Positions 15,001 to 30,000 of a DNA stretch of 64,000 nt are shown here, piece after piece. A program made the position numbers and the translations under genes. Where the stretch lies: NCBI GenBank assembly GCA_032718475.1, contig JAUCBJ010004753.1:30778-94777 (forward strand), in the 5' to 3' direction. This stretch comes from Nemertoderma westbladi (Eukaryota > Animalia > Xenacoelomorpha). The notes beneath the pieces were generated by a model that worked only from the letters and a program-made list of their open reading frames with translations, searched no databases and was not told the origin of the DNA. Position 1 is the first letter of the stretch, and each line of letters begins with the position of its first letter.

Positions 15001-18000
15001 TTCCTGCTTACCCATCTATTAATTAGTCAGACATAGTGCCGAATCATTCCTGCTTACCCATCTATTAATTAGCCAGACATAGTGCCGAATCATTCCTGCT
15101 TACCCATCTATTAATCAGCCAGACATAGTGCCGAATCATTCCTGCTTACCCATCTATTAATTAGTCAGACATAGTGCCGAATCATTCCTGCTTACCCATC
15201 TATTAATCAGCCATGCATAGTGCCGAGTCATTCCTGCTTACCCATCTATTAATTAGTCAGACATAGTGCCGAGTCATTCCTGCTTACCCATCTATTAATT
15301 AGTCAGACATAGTGCCGAGTCATTCCTGCTTACCCATCTATTAATTAGCCAGACATAGTGCCGAATCATTCCTGCTTACCCATCTATTAATCAGCCAGAC
15401 ATAGTGCCGAATCATTCCTGCTTACCCATCTATTAATTAGTCAGACATAGTGCCGAATCATTCCTGCTTACCCATCTATTAATCAGCCATGCATAGTGCC
15501 GAGTCATTCCTGCTTACCCATCTATTAATTAGTCAGACATAGTGCCGAGTCATTCCTGCTTACCCATCTATTAATTAGTCAGACATAGTGCCGAATCATT
15601 CCTGCTTACCCATCTATTAATTAGCCAGACATAGTGCCGAATCATTCCTGCTTACCCATCTATTAATCAGCCAGACATAGTGCCGAATCATTCCTGCTTA
15701 CCCATCTATTAATTAGTCAGACATAGTGCCGAATCATTCCTGCTTACCCATCTATTAATCAGCCATGCATAGTGCCGAGTCATTCCTGCTTACCCATCTA
15801 TTAATTAGTCAGACATAGTGCCGAGTCATTCCTGCTTACCCATCTATTAATTAGTCAGACATAGTGCCGAGTCATTCCTGCTTACCCATCTATTAATTAG
15901 CCATGCATAGTGCCGAATCATTCCTGCTCACCCATCTATTAATCAGCCATGCATAGTGCCGAGTCATTCCTGCTTACCCATCTATTAATTAGTCAGACAT
16001 AGTGCCGAGTCATTCCTGCTTACCCATCTATTAATTAGCCATGCATAGTGCCGAATCATTCCTGCTTACCCATCTATTAATCAGCCATGCATAGTGCCGA
16101 GTCATTCCTGCTTACCCATCTATTAATTAGTCAGACATAGTGCCGAGTCATTCCTGCTTACCCATCTATTAATTAGTCAGACATAGTGCCGAGTCATTCC
16201 TGCTTACCCATCTATTAATTAGCCATGCATAGTGCCGAATCATTCCTGCTCACCCATCTATTAATCAGCCATGCATAGTGCCGAATCATTCCTGCTTACC
16301 CATCTATTAATTAGCCAGACATAGTGCCGAATCATTCCTGCTTACCCATCTATTAATCAGCCAGACATAGTGCCGAATCATTCCTGCTTACCCATCTATT
16401 AATTAGTCAGACATAGTGCCGAATCATTCCTGCTTACCCATCTATTAATCAGCCATGCATAGTGCCGAGTCATTCCTGCTTACCCATCTATTAATCAGCC
16501 AGACATAGTGCCGAATCATTCCTGCTTACCCATCTATTAATCAGCCATGCATAGTGCCGAGTCATTCCTGCTTACCCATCTATTAATTAGCCAGACATAG
16601 TGCCGAATCATTCCTGCTTACCCATCTATTAATCAGCCAGACATAGTGCCGAATCATTCCTGCTTACCCATCTATTAATTAGTCAGACATAGTGCCGAAT
16701 CATTCCTGCTTACCCATCTATTAATCAGCCATGCATAGTGCCGAGTCATTCCTGCTTACCCATCTATTAATCAGCCAGACATAGTGCCGAATCATTCCTG
16801 CTTACCCATCTATTAATCAGCCAGACATAGTGCCGAATCATTCCTGCTTACCCATCTATTAATTAGTCAGACATAGTGCCGAATCATTCCTGCTTACCCA
16901 TCTATTAATCAGCCAGACATAGTGCCGAGTCATTCCTGCTTACCCATCTATTAATTAGTCAGACATAGTGCCGAATCATTCCTGCTTACCCATCTATTAA
17001 TCAGCCAGACATAGTGCCGAGTCATTCCTGCTTACCCATCTATTAATTAGTCAGACATAGTGCCGAATCATTCCTGCTTACCCATCTATTAATCAGCCCA
17101 GACATAGTGCCGAATCATTCCTGCTTAACCATCTATTAATCAGCCATGCATAGTGCCGAGTCATTCCTGCTTACCCATCTATTAATCAGCCAGACATAGT
17201 GCCGAGTCATTCCTGCTTACCCATCTATTAATTAGTCAGACATAGTGCCGAATCATTCCTGCTTACCCATCTATTAATCAGCCAGACATAGTGCCGAGTC
17301 ATTCCTGCTTACCCATCTATTAATCAGCCAGACATAGTGCCGAGTCATTCCTGCTTACCCATCTATTAATTAGTCAGACATAGTGCCGAGTCATTCCTGC
17401 TTACCCATCTATTAATTAGTCAGACATAGTGCCGAATCATTCCTCCTTACCCATATATTAATCAGCCAGACATAGTGCCGAATCATTCCTGCTTACCCAT
17501 CTATTAATTAGCCAGACATAGTGCCGAGTCATTCCTGCTTACCCATCTATTAATCAGCCAGACATAGTGCCGAGTCATTCCTCCTTACCCATCTATTAAT
17601 CAGCCAGACATAGTGCCGAATCATTCCTGCTTACCCATCTATTAATTAGTCAGACATAGTGCCGAATCATTCCTGCTTACCCATCTATTAATCAGCCATG
17701 CATAGTGCCGAGTCATTCCTGCTTACCCATCTATTAATTAGCCAGACATAGTGCCTTGTCATTCCTGCTTACCCATCTATTAATCAGCCAGACATAGTGC
17801 CGAATCATTCCTGCTTACCCATCTATTAATTAGTCAGACATAGTGCCGAATCATTCCTCCTTACCCATATATTAATCAGCCAGACATAGTGCCGAATCAT
17901 TCCTGCTTACCCATCTATTAATTAGTCAGACATAGTGCCGAGTCATTCCTGCTTACCCATCTATTAATTAGTCAGACATAGTGCCGAATCATTCCTGCTT

Positions 18001-21000
18001 ACCCATCTATTAATTAGTCAGACATAGTGCCGAATCATTCCTGCTTACCCATCTATTAATTAGTCAGACATAGTGCCGAATCATTCCTGCTTACCCATCT
18101 ATTAATTAGTCAGACATAGTGCCGAATCATTCCTGCTTACCCATCTATTAATTAGTCAGACATAGTGCCGAATCATTCCTGCTTACCCATCTATTAATCA
18201 GCCAGACATAGTGCCGAGTCATTCCTGCTTACCCATCTATTAATTAGTCAGACATAGTGCCGAATCATTCCTGCTTACCCATCTATTAATCAGCCCAGAC
18301 ATAGTGCCGAATCATTCCTGCTTACCCATCTATTAATCAGCCATGCATAGTGCCGAGTCATTCCTGCTTACCCATCTATTAATTAGTCAGACATAGTGCC
18401 GAATCATTCCTGCTTACCCATCTATTAATTAGTCAGACATAGTGCCGAATCATTCCTGCTTACCCATCTATTAATTAGTCAGACATAGTGCCGAATCATT
18501 CCTGCTTACCCATCTATTAATCAGCCCAGACATAGTGCCGAATCATTCCTGCTTACCCATCTATTAATCAGCCCAGACATAGTGCCGAATCATTCCTGCT
18601 TACCCATCTATTAATCAGCCATGCATAGTTCCGGGTCATTCCTGCTTACCCATCTATTAATCAGCCAGACATAGTGCCGAGTCATTCCTGCCTCGTCATC
18701 TATTAATCAGCCAGACATAGTGCCGAATCATTCCTGCCTCGTCATCTATTAATTAGTCAGACATAGTGCCGAATCATTCCTGCCTCGTCATCTATTAATC
18801 AGCCAGACATAGTGCCGAATCATTCCTGCCTCGTCATCTATTAATCAGCCAGACATAGTGCCGAATCATTCCTGCTTACCCATCTATTAATTAGTCAGAC
18901 ATAGTGCCGAATCATTCCTGCTTACCCATCTATTAATCAGCCATGCATAGTGCCGAGTCATTCCTGCCTCGTCATCTATTAATCAGCCAGACATAGTGCC
19001 GAATCATTCCTGCCTCGTCATCTATTAATCAGCCAGACATAGTGCCGAATCATTCCTGCTTACCCATCTATTAATTAGTCAGACATAGTGCCGAATCATT
19101 CCTGCTTACCCATCTATTAATCAGCCATGCATAGTGCCGAGTCATTCCTGCTTACCCATCTATTAATTAGTCAGACATAGTGCCGAGTCATTCCTGCTTA
19201 CCCATCTATTAATTAGTCAGACATAGTGCCGAGTCATTCCTGCCTACCCATCTATTAATTAGTCAGACATAGTGCCGAATCATTCCTGCCTCGTCATCTA
19301 TTAATCAGCCAGACATAGTGCCGAATCATTCCTGCTTACCCATCTATTAATTAGTCAGACATAGTGCCGAATCATTCCTGCTTACCCATCTATTAATCAG
19401 CCATGCATAGTGCCGAGTCATTCCTGCTTACCCATCTATTAATTAGTCAGACATAGTGCCGAGTCATTCCTGCTTACCCATCTATTAATTAGCCATGCAT
19501 AGTGCCGAGTCATTCCTGCTTACCCATCTATTAATCAGCCAGACATAGTGCCGAATCATTCCTGCTTACCCATCTATTAATTAGCCAGACATAGTGCCGA
19601 GTCATTCCTGCTTACCCATCTATTAATTAGTCAGACATAGTGCCGAGTCATTCCTGCCTACCCATCTATTAATTAGTCAGACATAGTGCCGAATCATTCC
19701 TGCCTCGTCATCTATTAATCAGCCAGACATAGTGCCGAATCATTCCTGCTTACCCATCTATTAATTAGTCAGACATAGTGCCGAATCATTCCTGCTTACC
19801 CATCTATTAATCAGCCATGCATAGTGCCGAGTCATTCCTGCTTACCCATCTATTAATTAGTCAGACGTAGTTCCGAATCATTCCTGCTTACCCATCTATT
19901 AATTAGTCAGACATAGTGCCGAGTCATTCCTGCTTACCCATCTATTAATTAGCCATGCATAGTGCCGAGTCATTCCTGCTTACCCATCTATTAATCAGCC
20001 AGACATAGTGCCGAATCATTCCTGCTTACCCATCTATTAATTAGCCAGACATAGTGCCGAGTCATTCCTGCTTACCCATCTATTAATTAGTCAGACATAG
20101 TGCCGAGTCATTCCTGCCTACCCATCTATTAATTAGTCAGACATAGTTCCGAATCATTCCTGCTTACCCATCTATTAATTAGTCAGACATAGTGCCGAGT
20201 CATTCCTGCTTACCCATCTATTAATTAGCCATGCATAGTGCCGAGTCATTCCTGCTTACCCATCTATTAATCAGCCAGACATAGTGCCGAGTCATTCCTG
20301 CTTACCCATCTATTAATTAGTCAGACATAGTGCAGAGTCATTCCTGCCTACCCATCTATTAATTAGCCATGCATAGTGCCGAGTCATTCCTGCTTACCCA
20401 TCTATTAATCAGCCAGACATAGTGCCGAATCATTCCTGCTTACCCATCTATTAATTAGCCAGACATAGTGCCGAGTCATTCCTGCTTACCCATCTATTAA
20501 TTAGTCAGACATAGTGCCGAATCATTCCTGCTTACACATCTATTAATCAGCCAGACATAGTGCCGAGTCATTCCTGCTCACCCATCTATTAATCAGCCAG
20601 ACATAGTGCCGAGTCATTCCTGCTTACCCATCTATTAATCAGCCCAGACATAGTGCAGTGTCATTCCTGCTTACCCATCTATTAATCAGCCAGACATAGT
20701 GCCGAGTCATTCCTGCCTACCCATCTATTAATTAGTCAGACATAGTGCCGAATCATTCCTGCCTCGTCATCTATTAATCAGCCAGACATAGTGCCGAATC
20801 ATTCCTGCTTACCCATCTATTAATTAGTCAGACATAGTGCCGAATCATTCCTGCTTACCCATCTATTAATTAGTCAGACATAGTGCCGAATCATTCCTGC
20901 TTACCCATCTATTAATCAGCCATGCATAGTGCCGAGTCATTCCTGCTTACCCATCTATTAATCAGCCATGCATAGTGCCGAGTCATTCCTGCTTACCCAT

Positions 21001-24000
21001 CTATTAATCAGCCAGACATAGTGCCGAATCATTCCTGCTTACCCATCTATTAATCAGCCAGACATAGTGCCGAATCATTCCTGCTTACCCATCTATTAAT
21101 CAGCCAGACATAGTGCCGAGTCATTCCTGCTTACCCATCTATTAATTAGTCAGACATAGTTCCGGGTCATTCCTGCTCACCCATCTATTAATCAGCCAGA
21201 CATAGTGCCGAGTCATTCCTGCTTACCCATCTATTAATTAGTCAGACATAGTGCCGAGTCATTCCTGCCTACCCATCTATTAATTAGTCAGACATAGTGC
21301 CGAGTCATTCCTGCTTACCCATATATTAATTAGTCAGACATAGTTCCGGGTCATTCCTGCTTACCCATCTATTAATCAGCCATGCATAGTGCCGAGTCAT
21401 TCCTGCTTACCCATCTATTAATCAGCCAGACATAGTGCCGAGTCATTCCTGCTTACCCATCTATTAATCAGCCAGACATAGTGCCGAGTCATTCCTGCTT
21501 ACCCATCTATTAATTAGTCAGACATAGTTCCGGGTCATTCCTGCTTACCCATCTATTAATCAGCCATGCATAGTGCCGAGTCATTCCTGCTTACCCATCT
21601 ATTAATCAGCCATGCATAGTGCCGAGTCATTCCTGCTTACCCATCTATTAATCAGCCAGACATAGTGCCGAGTCATTCCTGCTTACCCATCTATTAATTA
21701 GTCAGACATAGTTCCGGGTCATTCCTGCTTACCCATCTATTAATCAGCCATGCATAGTGCCGAGTCATTCCTGCTTACCCATCTATTAATCAGCCAGACA
21801 TAGTGCCGAGTCATTCCTGCTTACCCATCTATTAATCAGCCATGCATAGTGCCGAGTCATTCCTGCTTACCCATCTATTAATTAGTCAGACATAGTGCCG
21901 AGTCATTCCTGCTTACCCATCTATTAATTAGTCAGACATAGTGCCGAGTCATTCCTGCTTACCCATCTATTAATTAGTCAGACATAGTTCCGGGTCATTC
22001 CTGCTTACCCATCTATTAATTAGTCAGACATAGTTCCGGGTCATTCCTGCTTACCCATCTATTAATTAGTCAGACATAGTGCCGAATCATTCCTGCTTAC
22101 CCATCTATTAATTAGTCAGACATAGTGCCGAATCATTCCTGCTTACCCATCTATTAATCAGCCATGCATAGTGCCGAGTCATTCCTGCTTACCCATCTAT
22201 TAATTAGTCAGACATAGTTCCGGGTCATTCCTGCTTACCCATCTATTAATCAGCCAGACATAGTGCCGAATCATTCCTGCTTACCCATCTATTAATTAGC
22301 CAGACATAGTGCCGAGTCATTCCTGCTTACCCATCTATTAATCAGCCATGCATAGTGCCGAGTCATTCCTGCTTACCCATCTATTAATTAGTCAGACATA
22401 GTTCCGGGTCATTCCTGCTTACCCATCTATTAATCAGCCAGACATAGTGCCGAATCATTCCTGCTTACCCATCTATTAATTAGCCAGACATAGTGCCGAG
22501 TCATTCCTGCTTACCCATCTATTAATCAGCCAGACATAGTGCCGAATCATTCCTGCTTACCCATCTATTAATCAGCCAGACATAGTGCCGAGTCATTCCT
22601 GCTTACCCATCTATTAATCAGCCATGCATAGTGCCGAGTCATTCCTGCTTACCCATCTATTAATTAGTCAGACATAGTTCCGGGTCATTCCTGCTTACCC
22701 ATCTATTAATTAGTCAGACATAGTTCCGGGTCATTCCTGCTTACCCATCTATTAATTAGTCAGACATAGTGCCGAATCATTCCTGCTTACCCATCTATTA
22801 ATTAGTCAGACATAGTGCCGAGTCATTCCTGCTTACCCATCTATTAATCAGCCAGACATAGTGCCGAGTCATTCCTGCTTACCCATCTATTAATAAGCCA
22901 GACATAGTGCCGAGTCAATCCTGCCTCTTCATCTATTAATTAGTCAGACATAGTTCCGGGTCATTCCTGCTTACCCATCTATTAATTAGTCAGACATAGT
23001 GCCGAATCATTCCTGCTTACCCATCTATTAATCAGCCATGCATAGTGCCGAGTCATTCCTGCTTACCCATCTATTAATTAGTCAGACATAGTGCCGAGTC
23101 ATTCCTGCTTACCCATCTATTAATTAGTCAGACATAGTTCCGGGTCATTCCTGCTTACCCATCTATTAATTAGTCAGACATAGTTCCGGGTCATTCCTGC
23201 TTACCCATCTATTAATTAGTCAGACATAGTGCCGAATCATTCCTGCTTACCCATCTATTAATTAGTCAGACATAGTGCCGAGTCATTCCTGCTTACCCAT
23301 CTATTAATCAGCCAGACATAGTGCCGAGTCATTCCTGCTTACCCATCTATTAATAAGCCAGACATAGTGCCGAGTCAATCCTGCCTCTTCATCTATTAAT
23401 TAGTCAGACATAGTTCCGGGTCATTCCTGCTTACCCATCTATTAATTAGTCAGACATAGTGCCGAATCATTCCTGCTTACCCATCTATTAATCAGCCATG
23501 CATAGTGCCGAGTCATTCCTGCTTACCCATCTATTAATTAGTCAGACATAGTGCCGAGTCATTCCTGCTTACCCATCTATTAATTAGTCAGACATAGTTC
23601 CGGGTCATTCCTGCTTACCCATCTATTAATCAGCCATGCATAGTGCCGAGTCATTCCTGCTTACCCATCTATTAATTAGTCAGACATAGTGCCGAGTCAT
23701 TCCTGCTTACCCATCTATTAATCAGCCAGACATAGTGCCGAGTCATTCCTGCTTACCCATCTATTAATCAGCCAGACATAGTGCCGAGTCATTCCTGCTT
23801 ACCCATCTATTAATTAGTCAGACATAGTGCCGAGTCATTCCTGCTTACCCATCTATTAATCAGCCAGACATAGTGCCGAGTCATTCCTGCTTACCCATCT
23901 ATTAATCAGCCATGCATAGTGCCGAGTCATTCCTGCTTACCCATCTATTAATCAGCCATGCATAGTGCCGAGTCATTCCTGCTTACCCATCTATTAATTA

Positions 24001-27000
24001 GTCAGACATAGTGCCGAGTCATTCCTGCTTACCCATCTATTAATCAGCCAGACATAGTGCCGAGTCATTCCTGCTTACCCATCTATTAATTAGTCAGACA
24101 TAGTGCCGAATCATTCCTGCTTACCCATCTATTAATCAGCCAGACATAGTGCCGAATCATTCCTGCTTACCCATCTATTAATCAGCCAGACATAGTGCCG
24201 AGTCATTCCTGCTTACCCATCTATTAATCAGCCAGACATAGTGCCGAATCATTCCTGCTTACCCATCTATTAATTAGTCAGACATAGTGCCGAGTCATTC
24301 CTGCTTACCCATCTATTAATCAGCCAGACATAGTGCCGAATCATTCCTGCTTACCCATCTATTAATTAGTCAGACATAGTGCCGAGTCATTCCTGCTTAC
24401 CCATCTATTAATTAGTCAGACATAGTGCCGAGTCATTCCTGCTTACCCATCTATTAATTAGTCAGACATAGTGCCGAGTCATTCCTGCTTACCCATCTAT
24501 TAATTAGTCAGACATAGTGCCGAGTCATTCCTGCTTACCCATCTATTAATCAGCCAGACATAGTGCCGAATCATTCCTGCTTACCCATCTATTAATTAGT
24601 CAGACATAGTGCCGAGTCATTCCTGCTTACCCATCTATTAATCAGCCAGACATAGTGCCGAGTCATTCCTGCTTACCCATCTATTAATCAGCCAGACATA
24701 GTGCCGAGTCATTCCTGCTTACCCATCTATTAATTAGTCAGACATAGTGCCGAATCATTCCTGCTTACCCATCTATTAATTAGTCAGACATAGTGCCGAG
24801 TCATTCCTGCTTACCCATCTATTAATTAGTCAGACATAGTGCCGAGTCATTCCTGCTTACCCATCTATTAATCAGCCAGACATAGTGCCGAGTCATTCCT
24901 GCTTACCCATCTATTAATTAGTCAGACATAGTGCCGAGTCATTCCTGCTTACCCATCTATTAATCAGCCAGACATAGTGCCGAGTCATTCCTGCTTACCC
25001 ATCTATTAATTAGTCAGACATAGTGCCGAATCATTCCTGCTTACCCATCTATTAATCAGCCAGACATAGTGCCGAGTCATTCCTGCTTACCCATCTATTA
25101 ATCAGCCAGACATAGTGCCGAATCATTCCTGCTTACCCATCTATTAATTAGCCAGACATAGTGCCGAATCATTCCTGCTTACCCATCTATTAATCAGCCA
25201 TGCATAGTGCCGAGTCATTCCTGCTTACCCATCTATTAATTAGTCAGACATAGTGCCGAGTCATTCCTGCTTACCCATCTATTAATCAGCCAGACATAGT
25301 GCCGAGTCATTCCTGCTTACCCATCTATTAATCAGCCAGACATAGTGCCGAATCATTCCTGCTTACCCATCTATTAATTAGCCAGACATAGTGCCGAATC
25401 ATTCCTGCTTACCCATCTATTAATCAGCCATGCATAGTGCCGAGTCATTCCTGCTTACCCATCTATTAATTAGTCAGACATAGTGCCGAATCATTCCTCC
25501 TTACCCATCTATTAATTAGTCAGACATAGTGCCGAGTCATTCCTGCTTACCCATCTATTAATCAGCCATGCATAGTGCCGAGTCATTCCTGCTTACCCAT
25601 CTATTAATCAGCCAGACATAGTGCCGAATCATTCCTGCTTACCCATCTATTAATCAGCCATGCATAGTGCCGAGTCATTCCTGCTTACCCATCTATTAAT
25701 TAGTCAGACATAGTGCCGAATCATTCCTCCTTACCCATCTATTAATTAGTCAGACATAGTTCCGGGTCATTCCTGCTTACCCATCTATTAATTAGTCAGA
25801 CATAGTGCCGAATCATTCCTCCTTACCCATCTATTAATTAGTCAGACATAGTGCCGAATCATTCCTCCTTACCCATCTATTAATTAGTCAGACATAGTGC
25901 CGAGTCATTCCTGCTTACCCATCTATTAATCAGCCATGCATAGTGCCGAGTCATTCCTGCCTCGTCATCTATTAATCAGCCAGACATAGTGCCGAGTCAT
26001 TCCTGCTTACCCATCTATTAATTAGTCAGACATAGTGCCGAATCATTCCTCCTTACCCATCTATTAATTAGTCAGACATAGTTCCGGGTCATTCCTGCTT
26101 ACCCATCTATTAATTAGTCAGACATAGTTCCGGGTCATTCCTGCTTACCCATCTATTAATTAGTCAGACATAGTGCCGAGTCATTCCTGCCTCGTCATCT
26201 ATTAATCAGCCAGACATAGTGCCGAATCATTCCTGCCTCGTCATCTATTAATCAGCCAGACATAGTGCCGAATCATTCCTGCCTCGTCATCTATTAATCA
26301 GCCAGACATAGTGCCGAATCATTCCTGCCTCGTCATCTATTAATCAGCCAGACATAGTGCCGAATCATTCCTGCCTCGTCATCTATTAATCAGCCAGACA
26401 TAGTGCCGAATCATTCCTGCCTCGTCATCTATTAATCAGTCAGACATAGTGCCGAGTCATTCCTTCTTACCCATCTATTAATCAGCCATGCATAGTGCCG
26501 AGTCATTCCTGCTTACCCATCTATTAATTAGTCAGACATAGTGCCGAATCATTCCTGCTTACCCATCTATTAATCAGCCAGACATAGTGCCGAGTCATTC
26601 CTGCTTACCCATCTATTAATCAGCCAGACATAGTGCCGAATCATTCCTCCTTACCCATATATTAATCAGCCAGACATAGTGCCGAATCATTCCTGCTTAC
26701 CCATCTATTAATCAGCCAGACATAGTGCCGAATCATTCCTGCCTACCCATCTATTAATCAGCCAGACATAGTGCCGAATCATTCCTCCTTACCCATCTAT
26801 TAATCAGCCAGACATAGTGCCGAATCATTCCTGCCTACCCATCTATTAATCAGCCAGACATAGTGCCGAATCATTCCTGCCTACCCATCTATTAATCAGC
26901 CAGACATAGTGCCGAATCATTCCTCCTTACCCATATATTAATCAGCCAGACATAGTGCCGAATCATTCCTGCTTACCCATCTATTAATCAGCCAGACATA

Positions 27001-30000
27001 GTGCCGAATCATTCCTGCCTACCCATCTATTAATCAGCCAGACATAGTGCCGAATCATTCCTCCTTACCCATATATTAATCAGCCAGACATAGTGCCGAA
27101 TCATTCCTGCTTACCCATCTATTAATTAGTCAGACATAGTGCCGAATCATTCCTGCTTACCCATCTATTAATCAGCCAGACATAGTGCCGAATCATTCCT
27201 GCTTACCCATCTATTAATCAGCCAGACATAGTGCCGAGTCATTCCTGCTTACCCATCTATTAATCAGCCATGCATAGTGCCGAGTCATTCCTGCTTACCC
27301 ATCTATTAATTAGTCAGACATAGTTCCGGGTCATTCCTGCTTACCCATCTATTAATTAGTCAGACATAGTTCCGGGTCATTCCTGCTTACCCATCTATTA
27401 ATTAGTCAGACATAGTGCCGAATCATTCCTGCTTACCCATCTATTAATTAGTCAGACATAGTGCCGAATCATTCCTGCTTACCCATCTATTAATCAGCCA
27501 TGCATAGTGCCGAGTCATTCCTGCTTACCCATCTATTAATTAGTCAGACATAGTGCCGAATCATTCCTGCTTACCCATCTATTAATCAGCCAGACATAGT
27601 GCCGAGTCATTCCTGCTTACCCATCTATTAATCAGCCATGCATAGTGCCGAGTCATTCCTGCTTACCCATCTATTAATTAGTCAGACATAGTTCCGGGTC
27701 ATTCCTGCTCACCCATCTATTAATCAGCCAGACATAGTGCCGAGTCATTCCTGCTTACCCATCTATTAATTAGTCAGACATAGTGCCGAGTCATTCCTGC
27801 CTCGTCATCTATTAATCAGCCAGACATAGTGCCGAATCATTCCTGCCTCGTCATCTATTAATCAGCCAGACATAGTGCCGAATCATTCCTGCCTCGTCAT
27901 CTATTAATCAGCCAGACATAGTGCCGAATCATTCCTGCCTCGTCATCTATTAATCAGCCAGACCTAGTGCCGAGTCATTCCTTCTTACCCATCTATTAAT
28001 CAGCCATGCATAGTGCCGAGTCATTCCTGCTTACCCATCTATTAATTAGCCAGACATAGTGCCGAGTCATTCCTGCTTACCCATCTATTAATCAGCCAGA
28101 CATAGTGCCGAATCATTCCTCCTTACCCATCTATTAATCAGCCAGACATAGTGCCGAGTCATTCCTGCTTACCCATCTATTAATCAGCCAGACATAGTGC
28201 CGAATCATTCCTCCTTACCCATATATTAATCAGCCAGACATAGTGCCGAATCATTCCTGCTTACCCATCTATTAATCAGCCAGACATAGTGCCGAATCAT
28301 TCCTGCCTACCCATCTATTAATCAGCCAGACATAGTGCCGAATCATTCCTCCTTACCATCTATTAATCAGCCAGACATAGTGCCGAATCATTCCTGCCTA
28401 CCCATCTATTAATCAGCCAGACATAGTGCCGAATCATTCCTGCTTACCCATCTATTAATCAGCCAGACATAGTGCCGAATCATTCCTGCCTACCCATCTA
28501 TTAATCAGCCAGACATAGTGCCGAATCATTCCTCCTTACCCATATATTAATCAGCCAGACATAGTGCCGAATCATTCCTGCTTACCCATCTATTAATTAG
28601 TCAGACATAGTGCCGAATCATTCCTGCTTACCCATCTATTAATTAGTCAGACATAGTGCCGAATCATTCCTGCTTACCCATCTATTAATTAGTCAGACAT
28701 AGTGCCGAGTCATTCCTGCTTACCCATCTATTAATTAGTCAGACATAGTGCCGAATCATTCCTGCTTACCCATCTATTAATTAGTCAGACATAGTGCCGA
28801 ATCATTCCTGCTTACCCATCTATTAATTAGTCAGACATAGTGCCGAATCATTCCTGCTTACCCATCTATTAATTAGTCAGACATAGTGCCGAGTCATTCC
28901 TGCTTACCCATCTATTAATTAGTCAGACATAGTGCCGAGTCATTCCTGCTTACCCATCTATTAATTAGTCAGACATAGTGCCGAGTCATTCCTGCTTACC
29001 CATCTATTAATTAGTCAGACATAGTGCCGAATCATTCCTGCTTACCCATCTATTAATTAGTCAGACATAGTGCCGAATCATTCCTGCTTACCCATCTATT
29101 AATTAGTCAGACATAGTGCCGAATCATTCCTGCTTACCCATCTATTAATTAGTCAGACATAGTGCCGAGTCATTCCTGCTTACCCATCTATTAATTAGTC
29201 AGACATAGTGCCGAATCATTCCTGCCTACCCATCTATTAATCAGCCAGACATAGTGCCGAATCATTCCTGCCTACCCATCTATTAATCAGCCAGACATAG
29301 TGCCGAATCATTCCTCCTTACCCATATATTAATCAGCCAGACATAGTGCCGAATCATTCCTGCTTACCCATCTATTAATCAGCCAGACATAGTGCCGAAT
29401 CATTCCTGCCTACCCATCTATTAATCAGCCAGACATAGTGCCGAATCATTCCTCCTTACCCATATATTAATCAGCCAGACATAGTGCCGAATCATTCCTG
29501 CTTACCCATCTATTAATTAGTCAGACATAGTGCCGAATCATTCCTGCTTACCCATCTATTAATTAGTCAGACATAGTGCCGAATCATTCCTGCTTACCCA
29601 TCTATTAATTAGTCAGACATAGTGCCGAATCATTCCTGCTTACCCATCTATTAATTAGTCAGACATAGTGCCGAATCATTCCTGCTTACCCATCTATTAA
29701 TCAGCCATGCATAGTGCCGAGTCATTCCTGCTTACCCATCTATTAATTAGTCAGACATAGTGCCGAGTCATTCCTGCTTACCCATCTATTAATTAGTCAG
29801 ACATAGTTCCGGGTCATTCCTGCTTACCCATCTATTAATTAGTCAGACATAGTTCCGGGTCATTCCTGCTTACCCATCTATTAATTAGTCAGACATAGTG
29901 CCGAATCATTCCTGCTTACCCATCTATTAATTAGTCAGACATAGTGCCGAGTCATTCCTGCTTACCCATCTATTAATCAGCCAGACATAGTGCCGAGTCA